Origin: Orbicella franksi
Taxonomy: Eukaryota
NCBI GenBank assembly: GCA_964199315.1
Contig: OZ116699.1
Coordinates: 12,524,001-12,588,000 of the forward strand
Direction: 5' to 3'
Length of the DNA: 64,000 bases
A program made the translations under genes and the position numbers. Positions 45,424 to 57,600 of the stretch are shown here, piece after piece. The notes under the pieces are model-generated. The model saw nothing but the letters and a program-made list of their open reading frames with translations. It was not told where the DNA came from and searched no databases. The stretch's first letter is position 1. Each line of letters begins with the position of its first letter.

Positions 45424-47069
45424 TGTTTTATCCTCTCAACCGAGGGACCTGGAAATGGGACGGTTCATTATATAGATATCCTAATACACTTTAATCTTAC
45501 TTTTGTTTCGATGCTACAAAGTCTCGTGCCAGAGTCGTTTAATATATTGATACGGTTCTGAGAGAAGGCGAACTCTTATTGTCTTACGCGGGCTTCAGTG
45601 CCGGTAAATTACCGTCGTTATTAGAAGTTAATACGGCGGTTAAACTATATATGAATGACACTGTTGTTTTTGTACGTTTACTAAATTGGTGTTTAATGAT
45701 ACACAGCAGAAAAGTAAACAAACAATATACAAATATTACCTTTCCATCTTCGGCCATGAGAAACTCCATTTTGTTCTTCGCGAGCTGTTTAATTAAGACT
45801 CCAATTTACATTACATCATCCCGCTCTTAACCGACATCGAAGAAAAGTCGCTTGTCAATGGTAGCTGAGCAAGTTACTAGCCAGTGAAGAATCGATATTG
45901 GTGACCTCTTGGCTTAGTGTTATGAGCGAGAAGGCCAACAACAGGTAGCAATTCACAGATGAACGATTATTTAAGTTACTTTGCAGTGACCAACAGGAGA
46001 AATTACTTCAGTAACTATTTGAGCTTACCAGAGATGTCCTAAGCTTTGTCTTACCTGAATCGATAAGAGAGTCCTGTTTGGTTTTCAAACCGTTTCTTTT
46101 ATTTAAATCTGTGCTCGATTGACCATGAAAGAATTCTTAAGAGAAAAAGTTCTCGACCTTTTTTTCAGCTGCAATTGTGTGGTCGTTTCGTCTTCCAAGC
46201 AAGCGCGATTTGAAGGACTGTCAAAAACCGTTCCATTACATTATTGTAGTACCACCCAGTTGTTTAGTTTGCGACAGAACATTTCACGTATCACTCCGCC
46301 TTCCTTTCTAGGACGCAGGTGGCCTCTGTGATATGCTTTTTTAAAGTGTTTACTGAGAGTAACATAGCCACTACGGCAATTTCATTGGTGTGGATTCGTG
46401 CCTTCTTTAAAGGATATTTGAAATACGTCTCGTGCAATTTTTCAGACATGGATACGACGAAAATGTCATGTTGAAAATTATATGAATCATAACATCACTT
46501 GCCAAGTTAAGGATGTAAATTCTGGCTTACCTGTTTTACAAGTGTAAACTTGGTCACAGGTTTGACGCTAAAGCTGTTGTCGTTTCGCTTGTTTCCTCTA
46601 CATAAATCCGACAAAATGTTGGTTAATCGCGTCTTCCCTCGTCTTAATTTGCTAAATGCTACAGAAGCTGTAGCTGAGGTTTGCGAGTCATATATCGGCA
46701 GTGCTATGTACTTAAGGTTAGTTTTGAAAAAACGGAGCTTAAGACTTTTAGTTAAGCTTAGTTTAAAAAGCTACGTCAGAACAAATAATGCGGGGCTAAG
46801 GCTCAAAGTGTCTAACAAATCATTGACGCAGCACATCACCTCGGTGCTGTAATTGATAAAGAGGGCATATTTCACTTGGTATATGCGCCGATGATTGTTT
46901 ATGAACAAAATCAAACAATTAAATGCTCAAAATAAAATCCTCAAATGGTCAGTAATGTACATGCCAAAAGCCCAGTCTTGACACCCACAGCGCACACCCC
47001 GGTCATTCGAATAGTTCGTCTGGTCGCTATTCGATCATGGTGTCCATATCAACTGTGTTCGCCTGTATA

Positions 47070-47244
47070 CAGTGGAACCTCGATATAACGAAGTGCCAAG
47101 AGACCGGCAAAATATGTTCGCTATAACGAGGTTTCGTTGTATTGGGGTTCTTTTCCATACATTTTACGTCTATTGCTGGGGCGAACAATATTGTTATAAC
47201 GAGAACTTCGTTATATAGAGGCTCGTTAAATCGAGGTTCCACTG
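47070..47244. mobile_element. Tigger/pogo-like MITE, 175 bp
   Basis: TA|CAGTGGAACCTCGAT ... ATCGAGGTTCCACTG|TA. A partial copy lies on - at about 53265-53325. Confidence 0.88.
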
Positions 47245-47349
47245 TATTCTCACAATGGAGTTTTTTCGCCTTTACCTGGGGTTTACTCGGTCAGGAGATT
47301 TCGTAACATATAACTAAAAAAAATAAGTGATAATGTCATTCACTATGTG

Positions 47350-50300
47350 TCATTTGACATTTGCTAAACGTTTTCCTCTTTTAAATGTTGCATACAAATC
47401 AAGTTTAACTCCAGGTCGCAGGATGTTTTGCCGTAAATGGCCCTCACTAGAAATCGGTGGATCGTAAAGAGCGACGACAAAAGCATATTCTCCATTGACG
47501 CTTTTAGCTATAGCTAGTCCCATTTTTTTCGTTTCTTTCCATACAATTTGCACAAAATGTCGAGTTTTATCGTTTATCTTAGGGTACGAAAAACTGTACG
47601 ATTGAATTTCACTGTACCACTTCTCTATTGCCTTTTTGGCCGTACTTTCTCCAGTATACAGTATCTGAGCAACACTCTCCCCTTGCGGCTCTCGCAGGTC
47701 GTCCAAAGTAAGGAAATCTTTTGATGCCAAACTTTTAGCAATCTTCTCAGCCTTTCTTGCTAAGGAAACTGACCAGGACAGCGGTGGTGAGAAATGCTTG
47801 GTTCTGAGCTTGTTGTGCTCTTCCAACGATTCTCTTTCCACTTCATCTAAGATAACATGGTAATGATTAACATGTTTGAGTAAATGCGAGTAATTATAAA
47901 GTTAACTGAGTTTATCGTAATTCTGCAACATCAGTGCTTTGTGATATACCTGGACAAAAACGTTTTCGACAAGTTTTTGTTTGAAGCAAGTCTTTTTGAG
48001 AGCATGTGGTGACGAGGCAGATGCGTGCTCTCACAGACGTTCCTTTTCCACACGTCACTGAGCACGTGGACCAGTCGTTCCATTCACTGAACGAAACATC
48101 TGAGGAACAGATATCCAAGTCAACAGTTAGTATAATGTTGTAAAAAGCGTTAAAAGATTCTTGATTTGCTTCATAACGTTTCGCGCAATAAATCCACTGT
48201 AGAACACAAAACTATTGTTTTATCTGAATACTTAAGGAAAGCTCAATCTTTCCAAACTTCTCTATTATCTCAGGTCATCAAGCTGTTTCAACCTGTGACT
48301 GCTCTCGCTTTGCACACACTTTCGCGACTTATATAACCTATGGCAAATACTGCCATAAAAGAATAACATTTTTCAATGATTTTGTTGTTATTAAGGTGCT
48401 GACCTTTCTCGCTGCGAGTGTCATCATTTTCATCCTGAGGCGTTGGATGTATTGGATAGTAATAGAGATTCTTCAGCGAGACACTTGTCGGTATGTATCT
48501 TGAGGATTTCGTAGGAACAGATCTTGTAGCCCCTGTCCCTCTCAAATAAGATATGATGTTTTCAATTTTTATAAGGTCTCCTAAGGAGTAAATATCCGAT
48601 AAAGGATCATTGCTTTGCTGGTTTCTTCGGACGCCAGTTGACGTTGGCTTTTTACCATTTCCATAATCACGTGTGTGGCTGTAATGAAGCTGTGTCTTCC
48701 CCTTAAGTTGTGGTTTTTTGAAAGCAAGTTTTGTGCCAGGCGTTTGTTCGACTCCTTTCCAAGTTTCTTCCGCTTTTTGATTCATTAGCTGCTGTTCATC
48801 ATTGCCATGTGATCTAGTATTGTGTTCGGCGCTACGAGTTCCCTCACCTGTGTTCTTCGCTGTACCTTTTCCAGTTTCATAGAAAACTTTGGGAACTGAA
48901 AATGTCACTGAGGATGTGTCGGAATTCGAATTCTGGATAACTTTTGTTTCGCCGTGACGAGGTTTCACGACACTATCTACCTTAGACGATGTACTAGGTA
49001 TTTTTCCATCGTTTCCAACTTCATCACGATCAGTGGGTATGTGCTTGATACTTGTTTGATCTAATGTTTTGCTGTTGTCGAATTCTTCCTCCCTGGTATG
49101 AGAAATATTTTGGGTAGCTTTACCCTGGTTGATAATCTTATCCTCTTGGCCTTTGTCGATGTTGTTCTCTTGACTTTTTAATATGTGAGTATTTTCAATC
49201 ACTTGATTGTTTTTAGCGTTCTGCGTTTCGTGGTATTTTAGTTCCTTCGATTTATCGTTACCATTTGCATGATTTGTTTTGATATTGGCAATTTCTTGAC
49301 CATCCTTGATGACGTTGGCATTCGATTCTTGCTCATGGTTGTTATTCCCTTCGTCTTCCATCTCGCTATGTACAACCTTATTACTCTCTTTTTCAGAAAC
49401 CTCACCACTACCACTCTCGGAAGTCATATCATTATTGGAGTCGGTGTCTGCGTTATCATCGTCAGATGCATTGTATGCGTGAGTGCTTTCATCATCCTTT
49501 CTTTCACTATTTCTTCCACGATCACCTTTTCGCTGATTACGATCTGAGATATTGTCATTTAACATTGAAATATTTTCTTCACCATCGGAGTTTAATTCTT
49601 CCTCGCGGTCGTCCTGGTCTTGGTATTTTCTTCCAAGGTTTTCAAAGTTATTACTTTGGACGTCAGAGTTGACTAGATTATCGGTATCATCAACATTCTC
49701 GTAGTTATCAATATTTACGAAGTTGTCTAATTCTTTGTATAATTTTGCATCCTGGTTCTCTATTTGTTGGTTAAGATTCTTCATGGAAGATACTCGAGGT
49801 CTTTGCTCATCATACTCTTCGCTATCTTTATCATCTTCGTCGTACGATCTATCATCAATGGCACCGTCGTCAACGCCGTCACTAATACCATCCCATGATT
49901 TTTGCCCTTGGTCCCTGTTTTCATATTCAGAGAAGTCATCATGTTGGAAGTCATCATATTTGTTTTTCCATTTTGTTGTCTTGGCAAGAAGCTTGCTGAT
50001 CTGAGCATTAATGTGATTCGTTGGATCATCTTCATCTTGATCGTAATCTTGGAGAGAGTGCAAATTACTGTCGTGTGCAAACGAAGTGCTGTCCTTAACT
50101 GACGGGCCGTGATGTCTTCTACTACCGTCATTTCTGTGATGGAAATTAGAATGGGCATTATATTCAGTTTTGTCTTGATTTTCCTTATGAGTGGAGTACG
50201 TGTTGTGACTGAAACTATCTATATTTCCTAACACACTACTGTCCTCAAAGGACTTCACGTTAAAGTCGTTAGGATCTTTCATAAGCCAGTCAATAGCTTC

Positions 50301-51173
50301 TTGATTGCCTTTAAAGTCTGCTTTGGTTTCCACGTTGTATTCCGGCATATCCCGTAAATCGTATCCTCCATCTTTACTGCTATCGGAAAGTGATATCTGA
50401 TCCACTCCGTTCTTGTACTTTTCGCCTTCGTACTGGTCTCCATCTGCCTCCAGAGAAACGTCTAACGGACGAAAGTCTTCAATTCCATTTTCTTGAAGCA
50501 TCACTAATTAAAGCAATGAAAAAAATGGCTTCAGTTTACTTAAATTTTTTTTTAACTCTTGTTTTCCCCAAATGTAAAAAGACGCCCCTCCAGGTGCCAT
50601 GTAATTCTGTACTGGTTCCCTACGTATTACACTTGTTTAAAAAGAAGATTTGATTTTGTCTGGCGTAGCTAACAGCCACGCTTTATTGCTGTTACTTACT
50701 TCCCTCATCTCTACTGTCTTCAAGTAGTTTTGGTTTCACAAACGCATTCAAGTTGTCGAGGTCATGCGGAGCTACGCGACTGTTGAGGATCACCAGATCT
50801 GCATGCAACATACACAAGATTGATAAAACAAATATCACAATATAATGGGGCAGAAATTCATGCAAACGCCACTTAAAGCAAAGTACAATAACTCCAGTAT
50901 GCAATACGCCTCCAACGACTTTCAGTTACCTTGTAATGGCTTTCCCCTGTGAATCACGTCAATCTTTTTCCTGTCGATTCTTACTCCTGTAGAAAAAAAA
51001 ATCTCACTTAAAGAACGTTGGTAATGACGGCGATCCTATCCTGGCCATCATCATTATAACATTGTTGGCATTAGTTAAAAGATGAACGCGATGTTGTGAT
51101 GTCCCTTACCCTCAACACAGTTCTGTTCGATTGTGTGTAGAAATAATATCACCAAGACTGTTACGAAAGCCAT
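47350..51173 (-). CDS. Secreted acidic low-complexity + TSP1 + CAP protein, cluster gene C (about 988 aa)
   Basis: Exons 51173-51110 (MAFVTVLVILFLHTIEQNCVE), 50986-50930, 50798-50700, 50503-48404 (2100 nt, D/E/N-rich), 48099-47950 (TSP1 WNDWSTCSVTCGKG...RAR.C) and 47846-47350 (CAP: EHNKLR, GESVA, HFVQIVWK). All introns are phase 1. Confidence 0.88.
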
Positions 51174-51294
51174 CTCAAACATTCAGCTTTTAGAATCTAA
51201 ACAAATCAGATAGAATTATGTTACACTTTGCATTTACTCACGAAGAGTATAAGAGAAATTTTAAGAATAAATACTAACTGTTTCGCTTATCACT

Positions 51295-51547
51295 AGTTTC
51301 AGTAGCATGAAGCGTCTAGAGGTATTTCTACTCCCCCCTGGATGGGATGCTAGTCCATCGCAGGTTTACCTATCGCATTAAATTCACTAGTGCCCATTTA
51401 TACACACTGGGTGGAGAGAGGCACTGTGAGAGTAAAGTGCCTTCTCAAGAATGAGCACAAACACAGTATCCATGGCCAGGACTTGAACCCGGACCGCTCG
51501 ATCCGATGTTAATCGAGCTCACTAACCATGAGGCCACCGCTTCCACC
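51295..51547 (-). mobile_element. tRNA-derived SINE, family copy 2
   Basis: Highly similar to 500-808 (GCATGAAGCGTCTAG..GTATTTCTACTCCCCC.TGGATGGGATGCTAGTCCATCGCAGGT...GGCACTGTGAGAG). Confidence 0.85.
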
Positions 51548-54326
51548 ATCCCACCATCCCACCGCACCGGCCTGATGGGTCACTTGGCTCGTATACAGAC
51601 TTAACCTTTCAGTACTAACTGGTAGTTCATGTGAGATAATGTCTAAAATTTTCCAGTCCCTTTCCGAAACCCAGGTTTGACCAATTGGTCCATAAATTAA
51701 TTGTACGAAAACACGTGTCTGGATGTGCCATCTAGCAGTTAAAAAAGGTTGACGCCTCTGAAAAATTGTCTTAACAATCATGCTGTGGATTCAGTGATTG
51801 AAACTAGATTTATCATGTAACGGTTGTGTATACTGACTGGCAACATGTTACGATGTTTAATAATATACTTGAAAGTGAAATAGTGATATTTAGAGAAGTT
51901 GAAAGAAAGAAACCCACAAACATCTCTGGGTCTCCTTCTTAATTGCTTCACGACTGCTTAAATTTCTCACTGGCTTTTGCATCAGCCGCGCAATATGTAA
52001 ATGAGCTGTTTCATACACTTTTGTTTCGATCCACTTCACCAAATAATTATTGGCAACTGATCATATTTTGAAGATTATAGTCCTCCAGTCATAACATCAA
52101 ATTAAATATACTGGCATTCATGTTGGAATGATAAGCAGATTCTAAAGCCTCGACAAATTATCAAACATTTATATAACACCAGATGGGACGGAACGGCTAA
52201 ATTACCAAATATTGTTTAGCGGGGGAAACGTGTTCGATGAAAATATGTGTTCTAATCAGCATGCTGCTTTAGAGGGTTTGATCGTTTCGCCCAAGCTTGG
52301 TCACAAGTATATGGATTCCATTGACATGATTTATTTTACTCACCTTTAAGTCTATAAAATAGATTCCTATCCCATATTTGATGGCTTCGTAGAGGAGCTC
52401 TATCGTCCGAAAGATGTTCGTAAATGAATAGTTGATAAATTCCGTCAATAGATAAGATTCTTATTCATTTACTATTCCATTAGATGAAGGCAGTTTGTAC
52501 TGGATATAAACAGTGAGAACACTTTTGTACTTTCGATTCCTGACCTCTAAATTCTCTAGTAAAGGAGCCAAGTAAAATGTCAAAAATATGAATTTTAACA
52601 AAATTTGCTCAATCACCCAACTGTGACGGTTCTTTTGCGGGTTATAGATTGATTCAGTTACAACGCATGATTTCCTCAATAGATGTGAATGAGAAAAGAA
52701 AAAAAGAACTGCTTACATCGAATTCCTTTTACGGCTGGTTATGGTTGAACGAGATGAAACAAGTGTTATGTCGAATGTGCCATTATTTTGTTGGCGGAAT
52801 GTGTTTCAGTGATTTGCGCCAAATGTTTACCTGAGACAACTAGCACTCTTCTTTAACCTTGCCTTACCTCTTGCAAGGCTGTTGATGGAAGATGGAAATA
52901 GATTACAATTTGAACGAAGTTGAAAACACTTCTATTAATTCTGGTATTCCTTTGGAATTAAAAGCTTACAACTATCACAATGCAACATGGTAGTGTCCCT
53001 CAACTAGTACCCGCTGCTGGTGTTGCTGAAGACACTTTTTGGGACAGTTTCCATTCCCGACTTTCTTTACTGCGTGTTTGAAGCTGAACAGAACGAACTT
53101 GGACTGTTTCTCCCATGTAAGCTAAGTTATTGGTACTCGATGAACATTAAACTCACAGTGCCTTTGGAGGAAAAGATATATTACCTATTGTTTAGTTCGG
53201 CCAAAGTTACTAACACTTAAGTGTGTGGAACAGGACTTCTGGGCAACGAGTCGTGGTGTGACGAAGTCTATGCCATAACGAACACATTTTCCCAGTCCAT
53301 TGGCACTTCGTTACATCAGAGTTTCACTGTGCCGAGTTGGTTCCATGCATTTTAGTGTTAGTAAATTTGACTGAAGAATATCATTCGTTTTACTAGGGAC
53401 TCTGTAAAATGGGGCTGACTGTTACCATGGTCAAAGAATTTACCCGCCAATTATATTTAATTTTTCCTTCATTTTAAGTTTTTCGTTGATAAGCTCCGAT
53501 TAAACTAAAAATTCCATCGAAAATCAAAATGTGTCACTGATTGTCAACTACGTTCTCAAGACGTGTTCATAGTCAACATTGTAGCGGTCACATTTCTGAG
53601 GAGTGTAAATGTCGCGCCATTCCTCCCGGTGTTCTAAAACTCATGGCATACTTCGTTCCGATCGACCAGACTTGGTCGACCCGGCGAATAAAAGAATGCC
53701 AGAAAAGGGTTCATAGTCACGTTCTATTGAAATAGTAAGCCTACTTTTGGTATCTCACTAATGTTCAAATTCAACTACTGAGGGGGAATCTGGAGTTTCA
53801 TTTTATAAACGTTTGAAGTCAAGGGTCCTATTTTCAATACTTTGTCAAAGTTACATTTCAGCGATATTTCAGAAGACATTACACTGTCTTATGGAACACT
53901 TTTCTGAAACTGAAACTGAAACTTCTTCGTATTTATAATATGTATAAGAGACGTACAGGCAACCATGATGAGATACATCGAACTAGTCAATTTGTTTATT
54001 GTCTTAATCGTATCTACAACAAACACTTACAGTTGTTAAACTCATTGGACTCGCCCATTGTGGCATTGTGGCCCACTTTGCACATTTTCATTTATCAAAA
54101 GTAACGAGACGATTTCTAATTGCTCATAGTTGCAATGAACGGAGTAATAAATAACAATTATTCCTTGTGCTCACGTTGGATTCCTGGATTGTCAAAATAA
54201 TTTGACAACGTTTTCGGCATTTTAGTTACATCGCTATCCAGAGTAAGCCTGTTCCTAATAATGCTTGCAAAAGTTAAAAACACTCGTAAAAAGGTTGTTA
54301 ACGGTGATAAATAAAATATAAATATA

Positions 54327-54563
54327 GGGCGCTTTCTATGATTTAACTAACAAAAACCGAAACTTCCGAAGGCAGGGGCAAATGGTGCAGAAATTTCCTA
54401 AATATACGAAATTCGAACCATTCAACCGCAAATTCCGGACATTCCAACGGGAGAACCAATTATACCTTTCGAGGCTGTCCTCTTTTCGGGAAAGTGCTGT
54501 TACTTCGCCACTGGAAATTTCCGGAAAATCAAACCGGAATTTTTCGTCGAATGGAATGTGCCC
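54327..54563. mobile_element. PIF/Harbinger-type MITE just downstream of the gene B stop codon
   Basis: ATA|GGGCGCTTTC ... GAATGGAATGTGCCC|ATA, with a 3-bp TSD and imperfect TIRs. Confidence 0.7.
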
Positions 54564-54604
54564 ATAATTGTAATCACTAACAATCTCAATTTCCTATTGA
54601 CTGA

Positions 54605-57600
54605 CTATTTTCCACTTTGTGGCTTAGGCGTATGGACGTTAATTCTCTCTTCGTTCCTTGCGTTTCCAGGCGGACTGTAAAGCGCTACCACAAATGTGTG
54701 TTTTCCATCCCTACTCTTAGCTTCCCCAATTCCAAGCCATTTGGAGCTCTTCCATATGAGCTGGGTAAAGTGCTTGGTGGAACCATCGATCACTGGATCG
54801 TCGAAGTTATAGCTTTTGACCTCACTGTACCAGTCAGCGGTTGCTTTCTCGGCTGCGATGTCATAACTGTGCCATAGCCGAGCGACGTTTATACCTGAAT
54901 GTTCCTCTTTTAAATCCGACAAGCGGATGGCATTGTTGGCCAGTTCATTTGCTATTGCTTGCGCCTTAGCAGCCAAACGTTGTGACCACCTCAGCGGAGG
55001 ACTTTTATGCCATGTTCTGAATTTGTTATGCAGACGAAGTCCTGCTCTTCCAAGTTGTTCTGAAGGAAGTTAAGAAACGACATTAACAGAATTCAATACT
55101 GTAATGAGTGATTCAACGTTAAAACAATCCATTGTTTATCTTCCACTGGGTTAAGACACCTGCCCGTCAACGCCAACACACAATTTACTCCTTTTCTTGA
55201 TCGCTTAAATGACAGCAATTTAACTGACAGGATATTATAAAGAAAAGCCGGCTGCTCCGCAGATGACCGATTGTACTGCAACTGCCTCCAGAGGTCTGCA
55301 ATACTAGATTACTTACGATTTGAGTTCGAGTACGAGTACGAGATAGAGTGCGAGAACGACTTTTGAATTGTAGTTTGCAGGATCCACATTATCACAGGGG
55401 CCCTGGAAACGTCACTGGTTTGATATTTGAGAATCGTCCTTGCACTCAATCTCGCTCTCGTAGTCCAATCTAAAGGTCTCTATAGATCTGACTGACAAAA
55501 CAATCCTTCGGAGAATTTAGAGTTTTGGGATAAAAAACAAAATGTATATCTTTTGAAAAAAGGGAGGATTCATGCAACCTTCCTTCATTTGTTTCATTCT
55601 TACAGTTTGTCCTTCATAATTTATCATTCAGTAACTGCAACTTTTTGGTAAGTCTTACCAGTACAGGGCTGCATGAAACAAGCCTTGCTTTCCGTCTTAT
55701 GTCCCTTACATTGTGTTCCCTCGCACAACTGAGCTCTTGCTTGAATGCCTTGACCACAAGTCACTGAACATGGCGACCATGTGTTCCGTTTATCTGAATG
55801 TTGTACAGAAATTTATAGTATTTTCTCTTGGAATTCAGTCAATTTAAAATATCGATCTTAGGAGCGTGTCAGCGATTTAAACAACTTCTTTTTTTCCAAA
55901 ACATCGACGACCAAAAGGCAGTTGCTTCAATGGCAAACACACTGAGAAGTTAAGATCATTTTATCTATTTCGTGTTTCAACTGCATGTGGTGCAGGAACG
56001 TCTTTCATACTTCTAGTAGGTCGCTATTGCACTCTACTTTTAGCCAATCCTCGTAACGTCGCTAATCAATATTTGTCTTTTAGTATTCTCAGCTTTAAGT
56101 TCAAGTTGTGTTGTTGATGACTGTTAACCCTGAGGACAATAACGAAGGTTCTGGCTTAATTAATTATTATATTTTTAGTCCAGGGCCCCTCTGGATATTA
56201 GCCTCGTCGGGGCCACCTTGGCTAAATAAAGTTTACCTTTACCCTTACCTTTACCTTTACCTTTCCGTGATCATGTGGTGTCCCTTAATCTTAACTTTTA
56301 TGTAGCGAAAAGGTATGATCTACATGGACCGTCAACCTTAACGCATTGGGTGTGACATAACTTATAACAAAAGTGACCTTTTCAGGGTTCCAGATAAGTT
56401 TTCAACGCTGGTTGTCGAAAACGAATTACAGCGGGTCGATTTCCACTGCTCCCACCAATTCATTTTTAATTTTCTATTAATTTTTGGGTCATGTAGCTGA
56501 CCTTGTAGAGTTTTTGACCTGAGCCCCCCTACTTATCTGGAATACTGCCTTGTGGTCGCAGATCGGGTGGTTTCATAGTGTACCCATTTGTGGCATATCA
56601 TAGGGGATGTCGAGATGCATTGTTTCTTGAGAATGTTCCGATAAGTTAAGATTAAAATCCTTTAAAAACTTGCATCTACTGATTCACTGGAATATATTAG
56701 CGTCATTCCATACAGACCCAGTGCAGCCGAGGATAACGCAATTGTCCATTTCGTTGAAATCAAATGAAGATGACCAAAAATAAATTGAGGAAATACTAAA
56801 CGTAACAAAAATACCAAAATACCAACCATTCTTCGCATCAGTAGTTGTTCTCCCTAAGTCGTGATCTGGGCCAAAGATCAGCCTTGCCCTGTTTTCAGGA
56901 GAGCCCTCTATAAACTTAGAAGGCCTGAGGAAACTCTTCAAGGACAACATCTTGTTCTTTTCCTCACTTTCTCTTAGTTTTAAACCAGGAGGAAATATAT
57001 CAGATGGGGGTGATTGCCCTATTCCGGCAAAGGAAACTCGATTGAGCTCGTTGTACTTGGTTGGGGACATGCTTGAGCTCCTTTGCATATCATCGAAATT
57101 GCGACCTTTTGTTGGCCTCGCAGAGGCCGGAACGTTATAGGCGTCTTGAAGAACGCCATTTGCAGTACCGTCGTTTTCTTGATTTAACTTGTTATTCGTT
57201 TTCCCAAGGATCTGCCAGCTTAGTATTTCATTGTTTGAGCCAGTTTCGCCATGACCTTCAATCATATTTCCTTTCTTAGCAAATTCCTGCATTGGAGCTG
57301 TCTGGGTTTCCCAGAGATAATGGTTCATAAGTTCGGCATCTGTAACGATTTGATGTCTGGAGCTGCTATCGTCCTTTGTATTTTGAGCAGCTTCACTGGT
57401 AATCACTTTGTTTGTGTCTGAATTCATTAATGTGACGTTACCGGGTATCTTAAGCACTAGCGATCCGTCATTGCTAGTGCCTGCCTTGAAACTAACTGGT
57501 TTTCCTGCACCAGAAATTTTTAACGTAACAAAGTTTTCCTTTTGTGAGTCTTCGTCCTTGGATTGAATGAGGTTATTCAGCGATGGTCTGTCAACACCGA

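Noticed and set aside
49269-50158. Several overlapping 66-125 aa ORFs on + and in alternative - frames
   Set aside because: They are shadows of the biased-composition 2.1-kb exon of gene C.
52340-52450. Exon-like segment with a GTGAGT donor on - between genes B and C
   Set aside because: No acceptor or start codon and no recognisable peptide. Gene C already has its own signal-peptide exon.
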